The position numbers and the translations under genes are program-made. This document shows positions 41,977 to 55,559 of a stretch of 64,000 bases of DNA, piece by piece. The number at the start of each line of letters is the position of its first letter. Within the stretch, counting starts at the first letter, position 1. The stretch covers positions 63,614,001 through 63,678,000 of the forward strand of contig NC_045707.1 in NCBI RefSeq assembly GCF_009834535.1, written 5' to 3'. The notes under the pieces are model-generated. The model was not told the origin of the DNA. It saw only the letters and a program-made list of their open reading frames with translations, and searched no databases. Source of the stretch: Camelus ferus (taxonomy: Eukaryota).

Positions 41977-42060
41977 GAGAAAAAGAAGGAGGAAGAGAAG
42001 GAGGAGGGAAGAGGGAGAGGAGGGGGAGGGAGGGGGAGGGGATGGGGAGGAGAGGGGAAG
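41977..42060 (+). repeat. Polypurine (G/A) low-complexity tract in TPH2 intron 2
   Basis: About 84 nt of almost pure purines with multiple G3-G5 runs. Confidence 0.88.
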
Positions 42061-43876
42061 CCCTAAACGGAACCATTTGGTAACTGGTTTCTTTCAGCAA
42101 CCTCCAGGCTGGCCTTATCCAGGGATGTGTTGCTACAACTATCCTGATGCGTATCAGAAGTAAAATCTTACACTAAGGTACTTGAGGACAGCAATTTAAT
42201 ACTTAATCCTCAGGTTTAAATTTCCCCAGCGATATAGTCTTCCTTTGGCCTGAGTTAACGGAAGACTGAGTTCTTCTCTCCACCCTAACCCACCCTCATA
42301 TAAGTAGATCCCTCCCTATCAGTCCACGGTAGACTCTGATCATCAGCGCAACTCATAATGCAATCCTGGATGCCCTCCGAATTTTCAGCACAGGCAAGGT
42401 ATTGTCCGGCGCCAGACTAAGGTAAAATCAGACAGCATCCTTCTCTGTATAAAGAAACTAATTCTGTGACCAGGACACTAAATGCTCTATTTCTGTGTTG
42501 ATTAACTTTCGCAATAAGGCCATATTTTCTAAATTGGCAGATAGTAAAGGTGAGACTAATATTAAAGTTCAAAATTCAAGAGTCTTCACACACGTTGTGT
42601 CACTTTGGGCTTTTAGTATCCTTTGGTTGAAGCAGAGTCGATATTTTCAGACAAGGAAGCTGAGGTCCACATGGGTTCAGTGATGTAACTAAGGCCCCAT
42701 GACTAGCTGATGGTTGAGCGAAGACTCAGGGCCACTGACTCCTTCTTCCGGGACTTTTCCACCGCCCCCAGCTGTCTAATTGAATTGGCCTGTGGGCACC
42801 GTACGGAGACAGCATCTGGATGATACAATTACATGTAAAATATTTCCCCAGATTTCCATTACCACGGTTTATGCTGCCTGAGCTCTCTTCAAGGTCAAAA
42901 GAGAACAAGGAGATATTTGCCAAATCAGGCTGCTAATTCCCCCTCTCCAGTCATCGAAGAGGCATCACAGTAATGCCTCCTCTCTGGACCCTTTACAAAG
43001 CACTTCCACCCATATTGTTTCATCACAACAACCTCGTTAGGCAGGAATTATTATCGCTATTTTACAAATGAAGAAATTGAGCCTAGGAAGCAGCTAGAGA
43101 TGAGCCAAGCCAGGAGAACACAGGTCTGCACCCTCTGACTGCAGTTCCAACCATCTTCCCCCCGCAGCAGCCCGAGGCACTGGCAGAGCTCGGCTCCCTG
43201 TCTTGCAACTCTCATCACCATCAGGGCCCCCAGAAAAACTGCACTGGGCAAGGAGGGGCTTGCTGAGGGGCAGGGGAGCCATCAGGGGCACCCCCGCAAG
43301 AAGACAATTGTTTTTCTGGGCTTCTCTGTCCTCCCTCTCAAAGAGCCTCTGAAAAGGCTACTGCACTTCTGTAAGATAAAGAGAGAGCTAGCCCTAGCTT
43401 GTAAACCAGAGTGACTCATCTTTACAAAAGACACATTAAGTTCATGAAACAGTGAGGCTCCGGGGAATACCAGGTGCCCAGCCTCATGTGTGTCATTTTA
43501 TGCAATAAACATGCTCTAGGACACGTGAGTGATTCAAATGCCAACAAATCGAATCAGGCTGCAGTCTCTTGATATTTAAAGGTCTCTCTGGCTCTGTTTG
43601 TATTTGCATTTCCAGGTGGGAAACTCACATTTTTTAATTACTGACTTCCTCACCTGGCAACAGTCTGCGGACTCCCTAATAGGCTGACTCTGAATTAATA
43701 AAACCTGATACCCACGAATTGGCTTAGTTGCTTGTTTGACAGACCAACTCCACTCGTAAAGTCTCACAAAGTTTGTTTGATGCCTTTGAACCTTTCAACA
43801 CGTTACCCAGAAATAGATTCAGGTTTGCAACCCAGCACATAGGCACTTCTGAAGTGAGGTGATATTTGACATTCAC

Positions 43877-44029
43877 CTGGAAGAGTTTCAGCGCGTTGAC
43901 CAATCCGCCAACTTCATTTTTCAGGGAGAATATGACCGCAGTCTTGCCGCTCTCGGTAGCAGTGTCAGTTTTGCTGTTTCCTTTGGCGCCTTTTTTGTCA
44001 TCACTTTTGCCAGAGTTAGCTTTATTTAG
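43877..44029 (-). CDS. TPH2: TPH2 exon 2 (153 nt), start of ACT regulatory domain
   Basis: TTCTTGAAG acceptor, GTGAAT donor; LNKANSGKSDDKKGAKGNSKTDTATESGKTAVIFSLKNEVGGLVNALKLFQ, phase 0/0. Confidence 0.97.
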
Positions 44030-44725
44030 CTTCAAGAAGGTAGAAACACAGACACACAAATATTAGTCAGGATTCCAGAGTTTTCTATGGCTGCGTTTTC
44101 TTCCCCCCCAGATAACCCATTCATACGCTGGGAGCCCTAGAAATCATATAAACTCGAGGAGAAGTTTTCAAGTCACTGATAACTTTCGGTCATGATACTG
44201 GTGTAATGTACTCGAGGACACTACTTTCTAATGCTCAAAGATACTATCCAGTGGTTGAAATTAAAGAGGACTCAGACTTGCTTCACTTTAATAGCAACAA
44301 AAACCTCACCATCATAAAGTATAAAGTCTCATGTGTGAATCATTCCTGCCTTTCTTTCTAGATTTATGTTACAGCATGAAATTTGGTCTGTTAGCCTAGT
44401 TAAGTCGTATGGAAGCTATCTTCATTACCAAACATAACAAGAATAAGACCAAACATATATTTTTCACAAGAGTAATTTTTGTGCTGATTAAATCTTAAAA
44501 ACAAAATATTCATTTCATTCTGATATATGTCAGGACATGCACTAAAATTGATAATCTTCTGTTCTGCAATTAGATCCACGCTGTCAATGTGAATCTATCT
44601 GGAGACGTTCAGCACAAAGGGATGTACTCAGCTAAGGCCATCTGTGTCAGCAGTTGGTGTCTGAAAAGTGGCTATTAAAATACAGCCACACACACACAAA
44701 AAGACAAGGGAAAGAGAGAGAAAGA

Positions 44726-44769
44726 GGAAGGAAGGAAGGAAGGAAGGAAGGAAGGAAGGAAGGAAGGAA
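44726..44769 (+). repeat. (GGAA)11 microsatellite in TPH2 intron 1
   Basis: Counted directly. Confidence 0.95.
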
Positions 44770-46445
44770 GAACTAAGTCATCATTAGAAGCCAAGAGTAG
44801 AATCTGAGACGCTGGAAAAGATGAACACAGCATTGCTCGTTTCAGATGCTGTAATACATGACTAAGTAGTGACTATTAGCCCTGCTGGCTAAAAACAAAA
44901 ATGACAGATTCCAGAAACTCGGATCACATAGTCAGAAATACATAACTTAAAAAAAACTGGAAACTTTTATTTGACAGACTGTGCAAACTAAGATGTAATT
45001 GGGGGGTTATTTACATGCAGATGAAGAATTGGGCAAACATCGAAACTTCTCCCTGGCAGACAGTGACGTAGTGCTGTCACATCGATCTATTTCTTCCTCA
45101 GGAAACAGAGAAATGTACATTTGATACAGGGCTTTGCCATTATCTTCCTCTGATTTCTCTACTGGCTTTATTTTCACATGTTAGTATTGTCTCACTCACT
45201 AGATTTATATATCATAGAAATAAATAATTTCGTAATTTATGACTTGAGGGAGAGAAGGCGTTTATACAGGCATTGGCATTTGTACAGTGTGTTTAGTCAT
45301 TAAAAGCTCAAACGTCGTAGTACTCTCAACATCTGCCATATATTTAAGTAGCATTTTCTAATACAAAAGGGTTATTAGACATTAACCATAACTCTGAGTT
45401 TTCTTTGTTTTCCTTCTGGCAGTTCATTATGGCTCCAGAATGCCTTAATGTACTATCTCATTCAAATATTCATGATATTTAAATGTTAGGAAATCTATTT
45501 ACATTTTTAGACTCATTTTTGCAAATTGATTTAAACAGTTCAAAACTTGCCTTGCTTACTTTTCAACATTTTTAGCCAGTGGTAATATACCAGTACAATA
45601 CAACCCTCTGGCACATATTTGGAGCTACAATATTAAAACAGATTTTTCTATGATACAGACTGAATTGTAGTTGGTTGATAAACTCTGGTAGTACAGTAAT
45701 GAAATATTTAATATTTTAATAACTAGAAATCTGAATACATTTTTTTCACTGTCTTTTTTTATTAAACTACGTGACTATTGCCCCAAACCCCAAATCACGA
45801 TCTAAAGTCCTGCAAAATATTACTTTTTTATTCCTTTATTATTTAAATACAAAAACTGCCTTAAATGCTGAAACAAATGATGTACTGCTTTCATTACCCC
45901 ATGAATTAAACTGAAAAAAAAAAAAAACCCTAGTAATGAGGAACACGGGAAAACTTTTGAAAGGAATCAGATCTTTTTTATTCCAATAATGAGCACCTAT
46001 GGACAAAAATAGAAAATATTACTCCTGTGTTTAAAGACTAGGCTTTGTAGATGGAAGCGGGTATAGAAGACACAATAATCTTGCAGGAACCATAGAAATC
46101 TATTTAATTTCTTCTCCCTGTTCCTACTCATAATAAATGGCCTTTCAAAATTCTACACACTTTGGATAGATGTAAGACTGGTTCACACAATCTCTCATTC
46201 TTAATGTTCAGGAACCTCTTTATTTTCAACTTATAAACTTTAAGGGAAGGAAGTTCAGCACGTATCGATCAGCACACCGGCTTTACTTTATGGAGAGAGA
46301 AGGAAGGCTGAAGGCGGACAGGAGGGAGGCAGAGCAGACAGATAAGAGGAAGGAGTTGAGGTGTGTGGGTTTACAACAGGTGTCCGTCTGGCAAGGATAC
46401 GGCGATCGCTACGCTAGAAAACTCTCCGCTGAAGAGTGCCAGCTA

Positions 46446-46740
<295 letters not shown>

Positions 46741-48104
46741 AGTGACTGGAGACTGATGGAAGACTGATTAGAAAGAAACTCATTTCTGGCTGCCGATGGC
46801 CACGGTCAGATTACAGACCTGAAGCCTGAGGTTATCTGTGTTCCTCGTGCTATTTGTTTCCTAGGTCGAGTAGCGGTTTGGGCGTGGGTGGTGGAGAACA
46901 ATACATAACAGGGTGTTATTTGCAAAAGAAAACATCTGTCCCCTGACATTAGCTCTCATCTCTCAAACCTGCTACTGGCAAGTTAACCTCGGCCTTTAAG
47001 TGACTATGAATTCAATGTGTTTCAAAAGAAGGGAAATAATTTTAGAAAGAGCAACACTGCAGAACCCCTAAGCCATTTTATTTTGTTAATAAGCTTTTGC
47101 TGATCTGATGTGTTGTGACTGTGTGCATGAGTGTGTGTGTGTGCGTTTTTGTGTGTGATGGCGTTCATAAAAGGAACTGCTTTCCCAATCGTGTGATGCC
47201 ACTATGCAATAATGTTCAGGAGACTGTATTGCAAAGGAAATGTGAGGTTGTGATTTAGCCACTTACAGACATAGTTGAGACCCTAACCCTAGAATCTTCC
47301 ACACTTAGTGGAAGGAAAAAGAAACTAAATGCCTATATATCAGTCATTCCTTTGATGATTTAAAACTAGAACAAGTCCAACCATTTGAAATGCATAGATC
47401 AATTAATGTACTTACTAGATAAATTTTAGTAAGTCATAAAATTACTGTGTTACAGGAAAATATTTCCAACCTCCTGAGGGATGGAAGACTCTTCATCAAA
47501 TGAACTTGTCTGACTGCGAAACTAAACAAAACCTAAGGCCGGCGCTGCTTGTCTATATAGAAAACAAGATGAAAAATTTTCAAAGCAGGAATGGATGAGC
47601 AAAAATTAACTAGACTGTAATTGTTTCTGGAGTTTTGAGGGGACGATTATTATGTGATATAATCTTGAAATATTATTTGGCATGCATTTCCTCTAAAAAT
47701 CAGCTTTGGTAACCTAATAAGAAAGTGAAGTTTAAATACATTGATTGAAGTAATGCTAATAATAATAGTTAATATCACCAAGTACTTAGTATTTGCCAGT
47801 TCCTATTCTAAGCAGTTTTTTGGGTAAAAACATGATTCATCATCACAACAACACTTACAATACAGTAACTATGGAGAAACTGAGGCACAAAGAATTTAGG
47901 TAGTTTGCAAAAGGTTTACACAATTAAAGAGTGGCTGAGACAGGATTTAAGTTTAGGCAGTCTGGCTCCAAAATTCATGCTCTCAACTATTATATTATAC
48001 AGCCTCTTGAGTATTCTAAAAAAAAAAAAAAAAAAAGAAACAAAAGTAGGCTCAAAAAACCATATATCGATTATCTCAGCTAGATCAGGGATTTGAGAAG
48101 ATGT

Positions 48105-49045
48105 GTAAATTCAGTAAAGATTTGTTAAGCCCTCATTTTACATTAGGCATTGAAACTGAGTCCTGGGGATGCAAAGATAAATGAGATACAGTGCCTCCCC
48201 TCAAGCAAGTCACAGAACAGCAGAAAGAAACACATGCAAATAAATAAGTAAACAAAGTACACTGACTTGTCTACAGAAGACGTTAGAAGCACAGGGACAG
48301 AGTGCTCAACGCTACCTTAGGGGAGCCAAGGGAGGCCTCCAGGAGGTGTTGCCTGAGCTGAATATTTAAAAGCGAGTTTGTGTTTGTTATTGGAATGGAT
48401 GGGAGATAGTGAGGAGGTGATTCCAGGTAGAGAGAGTAATACAAGAAAACAGAGAGAGAACCGTTGTTGCTCAGCAGTGGTGGAATAGGGGTGCCCAGTG
48501 AAAGATAAGGCTAAAGAAGAAAGCAGGGTTCAAATGCTGATAAACCTTGAGTGGCAATCAATGGGCTTTTCATTTCATCACCTTATCCTGCAGGTGAGAG
48601 GTCAGTTGGAAGGCTTTACACAAGACAATAGCATAACCGTGCAGGTGTTTCAGGAAAGGAGCAGCTTGGAGGAGGACCTTGAGACTGAAGGTGTAAGCCA
48701 CTTAGGACTTGAAATACTGTAGTCAGGAGATGATGACCTGTATTAAGACAATAGCATTAAGCATACAATGAAAAGAACGAGAGATGTTAAGGGGTGAAAT
48801 CCACTGGACAGCATCACTACTTGGGTGTGGGAGCAGATGAACAGGTGCCAGAATAGCTCGAGTCTCTGACTTGGGGGTCTGGGTAAATTATAGTGTCATT
48901 TGTTGAACTAGAACACACATAAATAATGCAACTGAAGAAAAAAAACTCTTGAAAGTTAGATCTTATACATATTGCATGGCCAAGTGAAGCTGTCCAGGAA
49001 ACATTTGAACATATGGGTTTAAAACTTGAAATGAGACCAAAGCTG
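48105..49045 (-). mobile_element. Degenerate L2, about 1.4 kb upstream of the TPH2 TSS
   Basis: ATTCAGTAAAGATTTGTTAAG start (reverse L2 tail), then GGGGATGCAAAGATAAAT...CCCTCAAG and purine-rich L2-like sequence. Confidence 0.6.
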
Positions 49046-49054
49046 TCAGTCCAA

Positions 49055-50365
49055 CAATGAAATTGGACCCCTACCTTACATCATACACAAACATTAACTC
49101 AAAGTGGATCATTGACCTAAATTTAAGAGCTAAAATTATAAAACTCAGAAGAAAACATAGGAGTATATCTTCATGGCATTGGATTAGGCAATTTTTTTCT
49201 TAGATATGATAACAAAAGCATAAGCCACCAAAGAAAAGATAGATAAATATGATTTCATCAAAATTAGAAACTTTGTGCTTCAAGGGACACCATCGAGAAA
49301 ATGGAAAGACAACCAACCCACTGTATAGGAGAAAATATTTATAAGTCATGAGTCTCATAGGAGACAGTATTCAGAAAATATAAGGAACCCTTACAACTCA
49401 ACAATGAAAAAAAAATAAACCAATTTTTAAATGGACAAAGGATTTTAGTAGACATTTCTCCAAACAATATATATAAGCACATGAAAAGATGCTCAACATC
49501 ACTAATTAGAGAAATGCAAATCAAAACACAGTGATATTACTTTATAAAACACCAGGATGGCTAAAATAAAAAAGACAAGTATTGTAAGGAAGTGGGAAAA
49601 TTGGAAACCTCATACACTGTTGGTAGCACAGCCACTTTGGAAAACTTTGGTAGTCCTTCAACATGTTAGAAATAAAATTACCATACAACCCCGTAATTTT
49701 ACTCCTAGGTGTGTGTTAAAATGGCAGAGTCACTTTGGAAAAATGTTTGGCAGTTCCTCAAAAAGTTAAACCTAGACCCAGCTACTCCACTCTTAGGTAT
49801 ATACCTAAGAAAAATGAAACCGTATGTTCACACAAAAACTTGTATATACATATTCATAGGGCCATTATTCATAATAACCCAAAGTGGAAAGAACTCAAAT
49901 ATCAACTAATGAAAAGACAAAACAGAACATGATGTGTCCATAAATGGTATAAAGGAAAGAAGTACTGAAAGGTGCTAGGAACATAAATGAACCTTGAAAA
50001 CATTATACTAAGGGAAAGAAGCCAGTTACAAAAGACCACATATTGTATGATTCCATTTATGTGAAATGTCTAGAAGAGGCAAAAAGAAACCAAAAAAAGA
50101 AGAAGAAAAGAGGGAGAGAGAAGAAGAGAGACAGACAGACAGAAAGTAAGTAGATAAGTGGTTGCCAGGGGCTGGAGGGGGCGGGGAAGTAGGGATGACC
50201 ACTCATGGGTACAGAGCTTCCTTGGAGGGCAATGAAAATATTCTAAAATTAGATATTGGAATAGTTGTGCAACTCTGTAAATATATTAAAATTCAATGAA
50301 TTGTACACTTTAAAAGAGTGAATTTTATGGCACATGAATGATATCTTAACAAAACTGTTATTTTT
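49055..50365 (+). mobile_element. Old L1 (L1MB-like) ORF2 3' part and 3' UTR, degenerate
   Basis: TTGGACCCCTACCTTACATCATACACAAACATTAACTCAAAGTGGATC, GACATTTCTCCAA, AAAAGATGCTCAACATCACTAAT, AAAAGACCACATATTGTATGATTCC are typical L1 segments; many frameshifts. Confidence 0.88.
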
Positions 50366-53300
50366 GTAAAGGCTGTTCTACATAGACGAGCCACTCCCTG
50401 GCTCCCCCAGGTGGATGAATGGAGCTTACTTCCTGGAGAAGGTGCAGCAGAGGACTGCAGGGCACCAGACATCACTGAGAACAACATCGTCCTGAAAGAA
50501 AAGTGATTAAATGAATGCATGCACTGGATACTGAGACTCAATCCGCAGGAGGCTGAGAACCAGGCGTTTACCCTCCGGCCAGGGAATGGGAAAAGCTGGG
50601 AGACTCTGACCAGGAAAAGAGGAAACCGCTAAAACTACACTGAGCGCTCTGAACAAAACGGAGCAATCGGATCATCCTACAGTGAAGCCCCGTTGACAAG
50701 CCCCAGTTAAATGTCTGGCAGAGATTGTGGGGCTGGACTGGTGATGATCATATATAAAGTCAGCCAATGAAAAATCTTGATAAGAATCAGCTCCCAAAGG
50801 AAAACGATTTAAGTCAGGGCCTAAGACACTTCTCAGCTAAGAATTTCATTGACCTAACTTGACATGATATCAACTCTATTAGAAAATGGGACAATAAAGA
50901 AGGGTGTATGTGTGTACAGCGGGAACTGAAGGGAGGAAAGCGGCATCTCCACCTTCGAAGATTGGGAGTCAGGAGACAACGCCTCAAGCTGAAAACGAAA
51001 GTGGCTGCAGCGCAAGCCCATCACAGCACTGGGCTCATGGAAGTAAACGCCGGAAGAATCAGCTACAAGCTGGAAGTCTCGCCAGCGGGAGGAGGAATTG
51101 GAGGGAGAAGAAGAGGGGAAAAAAAATTCTCATAACAACAAATCTTGCGGAAACCACGTGCATGTGTGACATCGATTACAAAAATTAAAACTTTAAAAAC
51201 TAAACTACACTGCATAGAAGAATGGCATTGGTTTTGGATAAAGCTGAGTTTAAATCTTAGCTCTGACACCTCACTGTATTTGAGGACAGGCTATGTCATA
51301 TTTCTCAGGCTTCATTTCTGTAATACGGGGTGATAATATCTGTATCTTATAGGGCTGTCATGCTGATTAAATTGGATGTGGATAAAGTGTTTATCATGGT
51401 GCCTGGCAGATATTAAATGATCAAAGTGTTAGTTATCTCCTTATCCTTCATTGATTCTGAAACCAAAGTGATATAAATGCGGGCATTGGTTTGGAATCTT
51501 TGGCAGAAATTAAAGAAATGTGGATACCTGGGTTTTGATGGGGTGACTGTCCTCCTAGTCCATGATAACTGGGCAGCCAGCAGTCATAAGATGAGCCAAC
51601 CGAATTGGTTTGGACAAAGAAGCTGAAGAGCCCAAGGGTCAGAAAGTGGGATAGTATAAAAAGCAAGATATTGCCAGATAAGGAGACCTTTGAATACACG
51701 ACCTTACAAATGAAGAGGGCCATGTCATCATGAATGGCCAGACGAAGAGCTAAGCGATGAGACCTGGATCCACAGAATTAGGGAAGTTTTATGTTAAGGA
51801 TGTCAGTGAGTCCTGCACATAGGTATGTGTCCTCACTGAGGACCATTGTAAAAACAAGAGAGAAATAATATGTCAGCCCCTCAATCACCTGGAAAAAGGA
51901 AGGGGATCCTCGAAGGCTGGGACAAAGATATGGGAAAGGTGATATAAATGATAAACAAAGGGGTATCCAGGGTCCACTGGATATTGGAACAGACCCATCT
52001 TCCCCCCACTTTCAAATTCTCCCTCTACACACACATACTTCCACTTGTAGGCAAAATATGAGAGACCCTGAGGGTTCCTTACTCCTCCCTCCCTCCCCCT
52101 GCTCTCTCACCACTCACCCCCACCACTCTGGCCAAATAAAGATCCAGCTGGGAATACAATGTCATCAAAGGAAAGCTAAGCTTCAGAGATGTAAAGACAT
52201 GTGTTTGGGGGAAAGAATAAAAGGAAATAAACCAGAGGAAAGAAAGAATTCTCCTGGTCAGTCCCCAGGGTGGACAGAGAAAGCAGGTAAAGCTATTAGA
52301 GGATAGATGTGGAATGTAAGAAGACGGAGATATTTGCAAAGAGAATCAACAGTGATTATTTGGAGATTGGGAAGCAACAAAAAAATCTGATCTCTTTCCC
52401 TTAAATAATCTTGTCTTTTTGGTTTTAAGTCATCATTCCAGTCTATCAAATTTGTGTCACAGGCAAGTTTGATAAGTATGCCTTCTATGCTTAAACCACA
52501 TTGAATAAGGCAAGAGAAAGGCTGATTTTGTGCTATAAAGTTCAGCCTAACAATCTTTGGCTGGATTTCTCTCCCCAATTGTCGTTTGGCTCCTAGAGCT
52601 TACAGGGTACATTTTAGTGTCTGTGGCAGGAATTGTCCACTGTTACTACCATCCACTCCTAATTCCTCCAGCTTAACCACGTGAATACCACACCAGAATA
52701 AACTTATGCCCAGTCTATTTCCTTGATTTGGTAGTATAGTAAATCATCAGTAAAAGGAAATGCAATGAACCTACCATGACTAACTTTTAAGAAATGCAAG
52801 CAGGCTTTCTACATAACACTGTTTCCTTTCCAACAAACTCACAAACCATTGTCATGCACATAGCTCATGAAGTAGTCATCTATCCTGTTACTTTAAGGAT
52901 CTACAAAGAGGTTTTTTTAGATACTAAGGCAGTGGTATGGGGAAAAAGTCTTAGGTTCACCTGAGACCTTAGAAGGTCCCACTCTGACTTCAAATCAGAG
53001 AAGTCTTCATAAAATTGATTATGTCATGGTAGTCAATAGAATGCTCATGATAGTCAATATGGGGGTGCCCTTGTGCTTAAGTGAAGAAAACTTCCAAACT
53101 ACACCATATTCAAGTCGCCTCCACTTCAACTCATACTACAGCAAATGAAGGTGTTCATGACACAGTGGAAATGTATTTATTCCTGCTGACTGCACCTAAA
53201 TATCTTGGAAACTATCATTTTGAGGGGGGAAAATAGAAACGAAGATAAAAGATGGATTAAACTTTGCAAGGAGGTTGTGTCAACAAGCCAGAAATCAAGC

Positions 53301-54475
53301 CAATAGAATCTGAAATTAAGTCACAAAGGGTGATTTGGTATCAGAGCCTGATGGAACTGACCTAATGCGGAAGAGTAACCAGAAACGTTTGCCACAAATT
53401 TAGGCATCAATCTGTTTCCTGATAAAATGTTCATTGACACTGTAATTTCCCGTACTACTCAAAATGCTTAGTGCGGACATGCCTTGTGATTTTTATTTTT
53501 TATGATTATTTGCTATATTGTCCAAGAGGGTTGACTTGAGAATGATTTATTAGTAAGCAAATATGAAATCTCTTACATTTATGTTCTCATTATCGTGTTT
53601 TTATGACAACTTTCATAAAGGGAGACACAAAAGGCAAGCACATTTAAGCCAATTTGAAGAGCATTAAACCAAAGCACAAAGGAGACAGTGATTTTCTTCT
53701 GGGGTCAGTGATGCAGAGGCTCAGATGAAACCGGAACACACAGTTCAGTTTGACCTCAGCCGATGGAAAACAAACCAAATGGTGCCCCAAGGCACCATGT
53801 TTTTGTGAGTAAAAGTAGACTGCGTAGCTCTAAGAACAAAAATGGTCTGTGGTGGTGTATTTTTGCTTGCTGTCAGATAATAATGATAGAATTTATTAAC
53901 GCTTAATCATGCCAGGCACTGTAATAAACATTTTACGTGTATTCCATTTACTCCTCGCGACTGGGGTAGGTATTATCCACCTACAGGTGTGAAACTGAGG
54001 GCTCTTAGAGAATCATCATGGTCACAAAACCAAGAAACAACTGGGCGTCAGGTCTCAAATCCGCGACTACCTGACTCCAAAACCTGGGCTTTTACCCAAA
54101 TAGTTTACCTCTTCTGTTTTACGTTCGTGAATGCAGTGGACGTCTTCTAGTATGAACAATCCAGTGTGAATTTTCCCTGACATGTGTCTCCCAGAGTTTT
54201 GCAGGATAAACTCCATGTCCGTGGCAAGAACAGAAAGCACGTCACAAGGTGATCCAAGTACCTACACCCCCGCAAGCCACCCTGAACTCCTTGAGAAAAC
54301 CAATCCCTCAAGCAAGCTGCACGATTTGTCCAGAAGCACCAATCAAAACAACTCCTATTATTCGTGTTTACATATTATGTAACTCTAAATTGTGACCAAG
54401 AAACTAAGTCAGTGGTAGCAGATAAATAAGAAAACAAGAAGAAAAAAGAAGGCACACAAAACTTCCAAGGTTTTT

Positions 54476-54572
54476 GTTTGGGGGGTGGTAATTAGGTTTA
54501 TTTATTTTTAGAGGAGGTACTGAGGATCGAACCCAGGACCTCGTGTACGCTAAGCATGTGCTCTACCACCAG
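54476..54572 (-). mobile_element. 5'-truncated camelid SINE (Vic-1 type)
   Basis: B box and tail present, first ~18 nt missing; perfect 15-bp TSD ACTTCCAAGGTTTTT at 54461-54475 and 54573-54587. Confidence 0.9.
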
Positions 54573-55520
54573 ACTTCCAAGGTTTTTAAAAGCAAGTTTA
54601 ACAAAGATTGTGTGTATATATATATGTTTTTTTTTTTAATCCATAGTGATGCTCTCAGACCACGTGAGTCCTTAAGGGAAACCTAGGAAACTTAGGAAAG
54701 CAGTTAAAATAAGAGGGACCCCTTAAACCAAGGCCAGGCCTGTCATAGGTCCCCTCCACACTGTGAAGCGAACAAATAAAATGCTCATAATTACCCAGCC
54801 CTCTCACAGAATAAAATCCCACTCTTCTAAACATACCTTTTTCTGTCTAATTCTGAACTACAGTTTCAGATACGGAAAACTCAGCAAACCCAGACATATG
54901 AAAAGCATCGCAAAGTCACATTGGGAGAGTAACCAAAAGTAAATGAGAATTTCTGTGGCAAAGAATTTCCTCCTCTACAAGTATTAAAGGAAAAAAAATA
55001 AAGAGGAGGCGGGGGGTGAGTTCTCATGGCTGGAATGATTCAGTTACAGTCCTGTTAGGAACAGAGGAATAGATCAGGAAAAACGATTCTGGGCTGTGGC
55101 TCCAGGGTTCTGCCACCTGCATTCAGTCCACTGGACCTCAGCTGATACGTTCTTATTCCTTAAATTCCTTCCCTAAGAAAAGATATGTCTCTTTCAAGAC
55201 TAACCCATCCATTCTGTAAGCTGGAGTTTACGAAGCCAGGGTTTGTCACTCTTCTTAGACACGAAAACAATGAAAGTGATTATTTTCCCCTCAATCTTCA
55301 CAATCAATGAAACTTTGGGACAAGTCATACTAAGCAGAAACTTAAAAGGCTGGTTTGGGAAACAACAGGATGTGAAGGAAGCTAGTGAGAACCTGATGGT
55401 TCTGATGACTGGGTTCCCCCTCATTTGGGCTGTCCACTGGCCTACATACAGAATCCTTCAAAGCTCTGTAAACCAAAGAGAACAGTCATTTGTCCCAAAG
55501 TTATTCAGAGATCGCATCTA

Positions 55521-55559
55521 GTCTACGGCCACACCCCACTGAATGCACCCGCTCTCGTC
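55521..55559 (+). pseudogene. 5S rRNA 5' fragment (retroposed pseudogene)
   Basis: GTCTACGGCCACACCCCACTGAATGCACCCGCTCTCGTC; 33/39 identical to the first 39 nt of mammalian 5S rRNA, starting exactly at +1. Confidence 0.8.

Noticed and set aside
46254..46321. Second RE1 in intron 1 (TTCAGCAC, TCAGCAC, distant GGACAG)
   Set aside because: Half-sites are incomplete and about 40 nt or more apart, outside known spacer ranges
50370..51190. Possible processed pseudogene or small gene upstream of TPH2
   Set aside because: ORFs resemble no protein I recognise; part looks like old L1 5' sequence, but I cannot assign it without RepeatMasker
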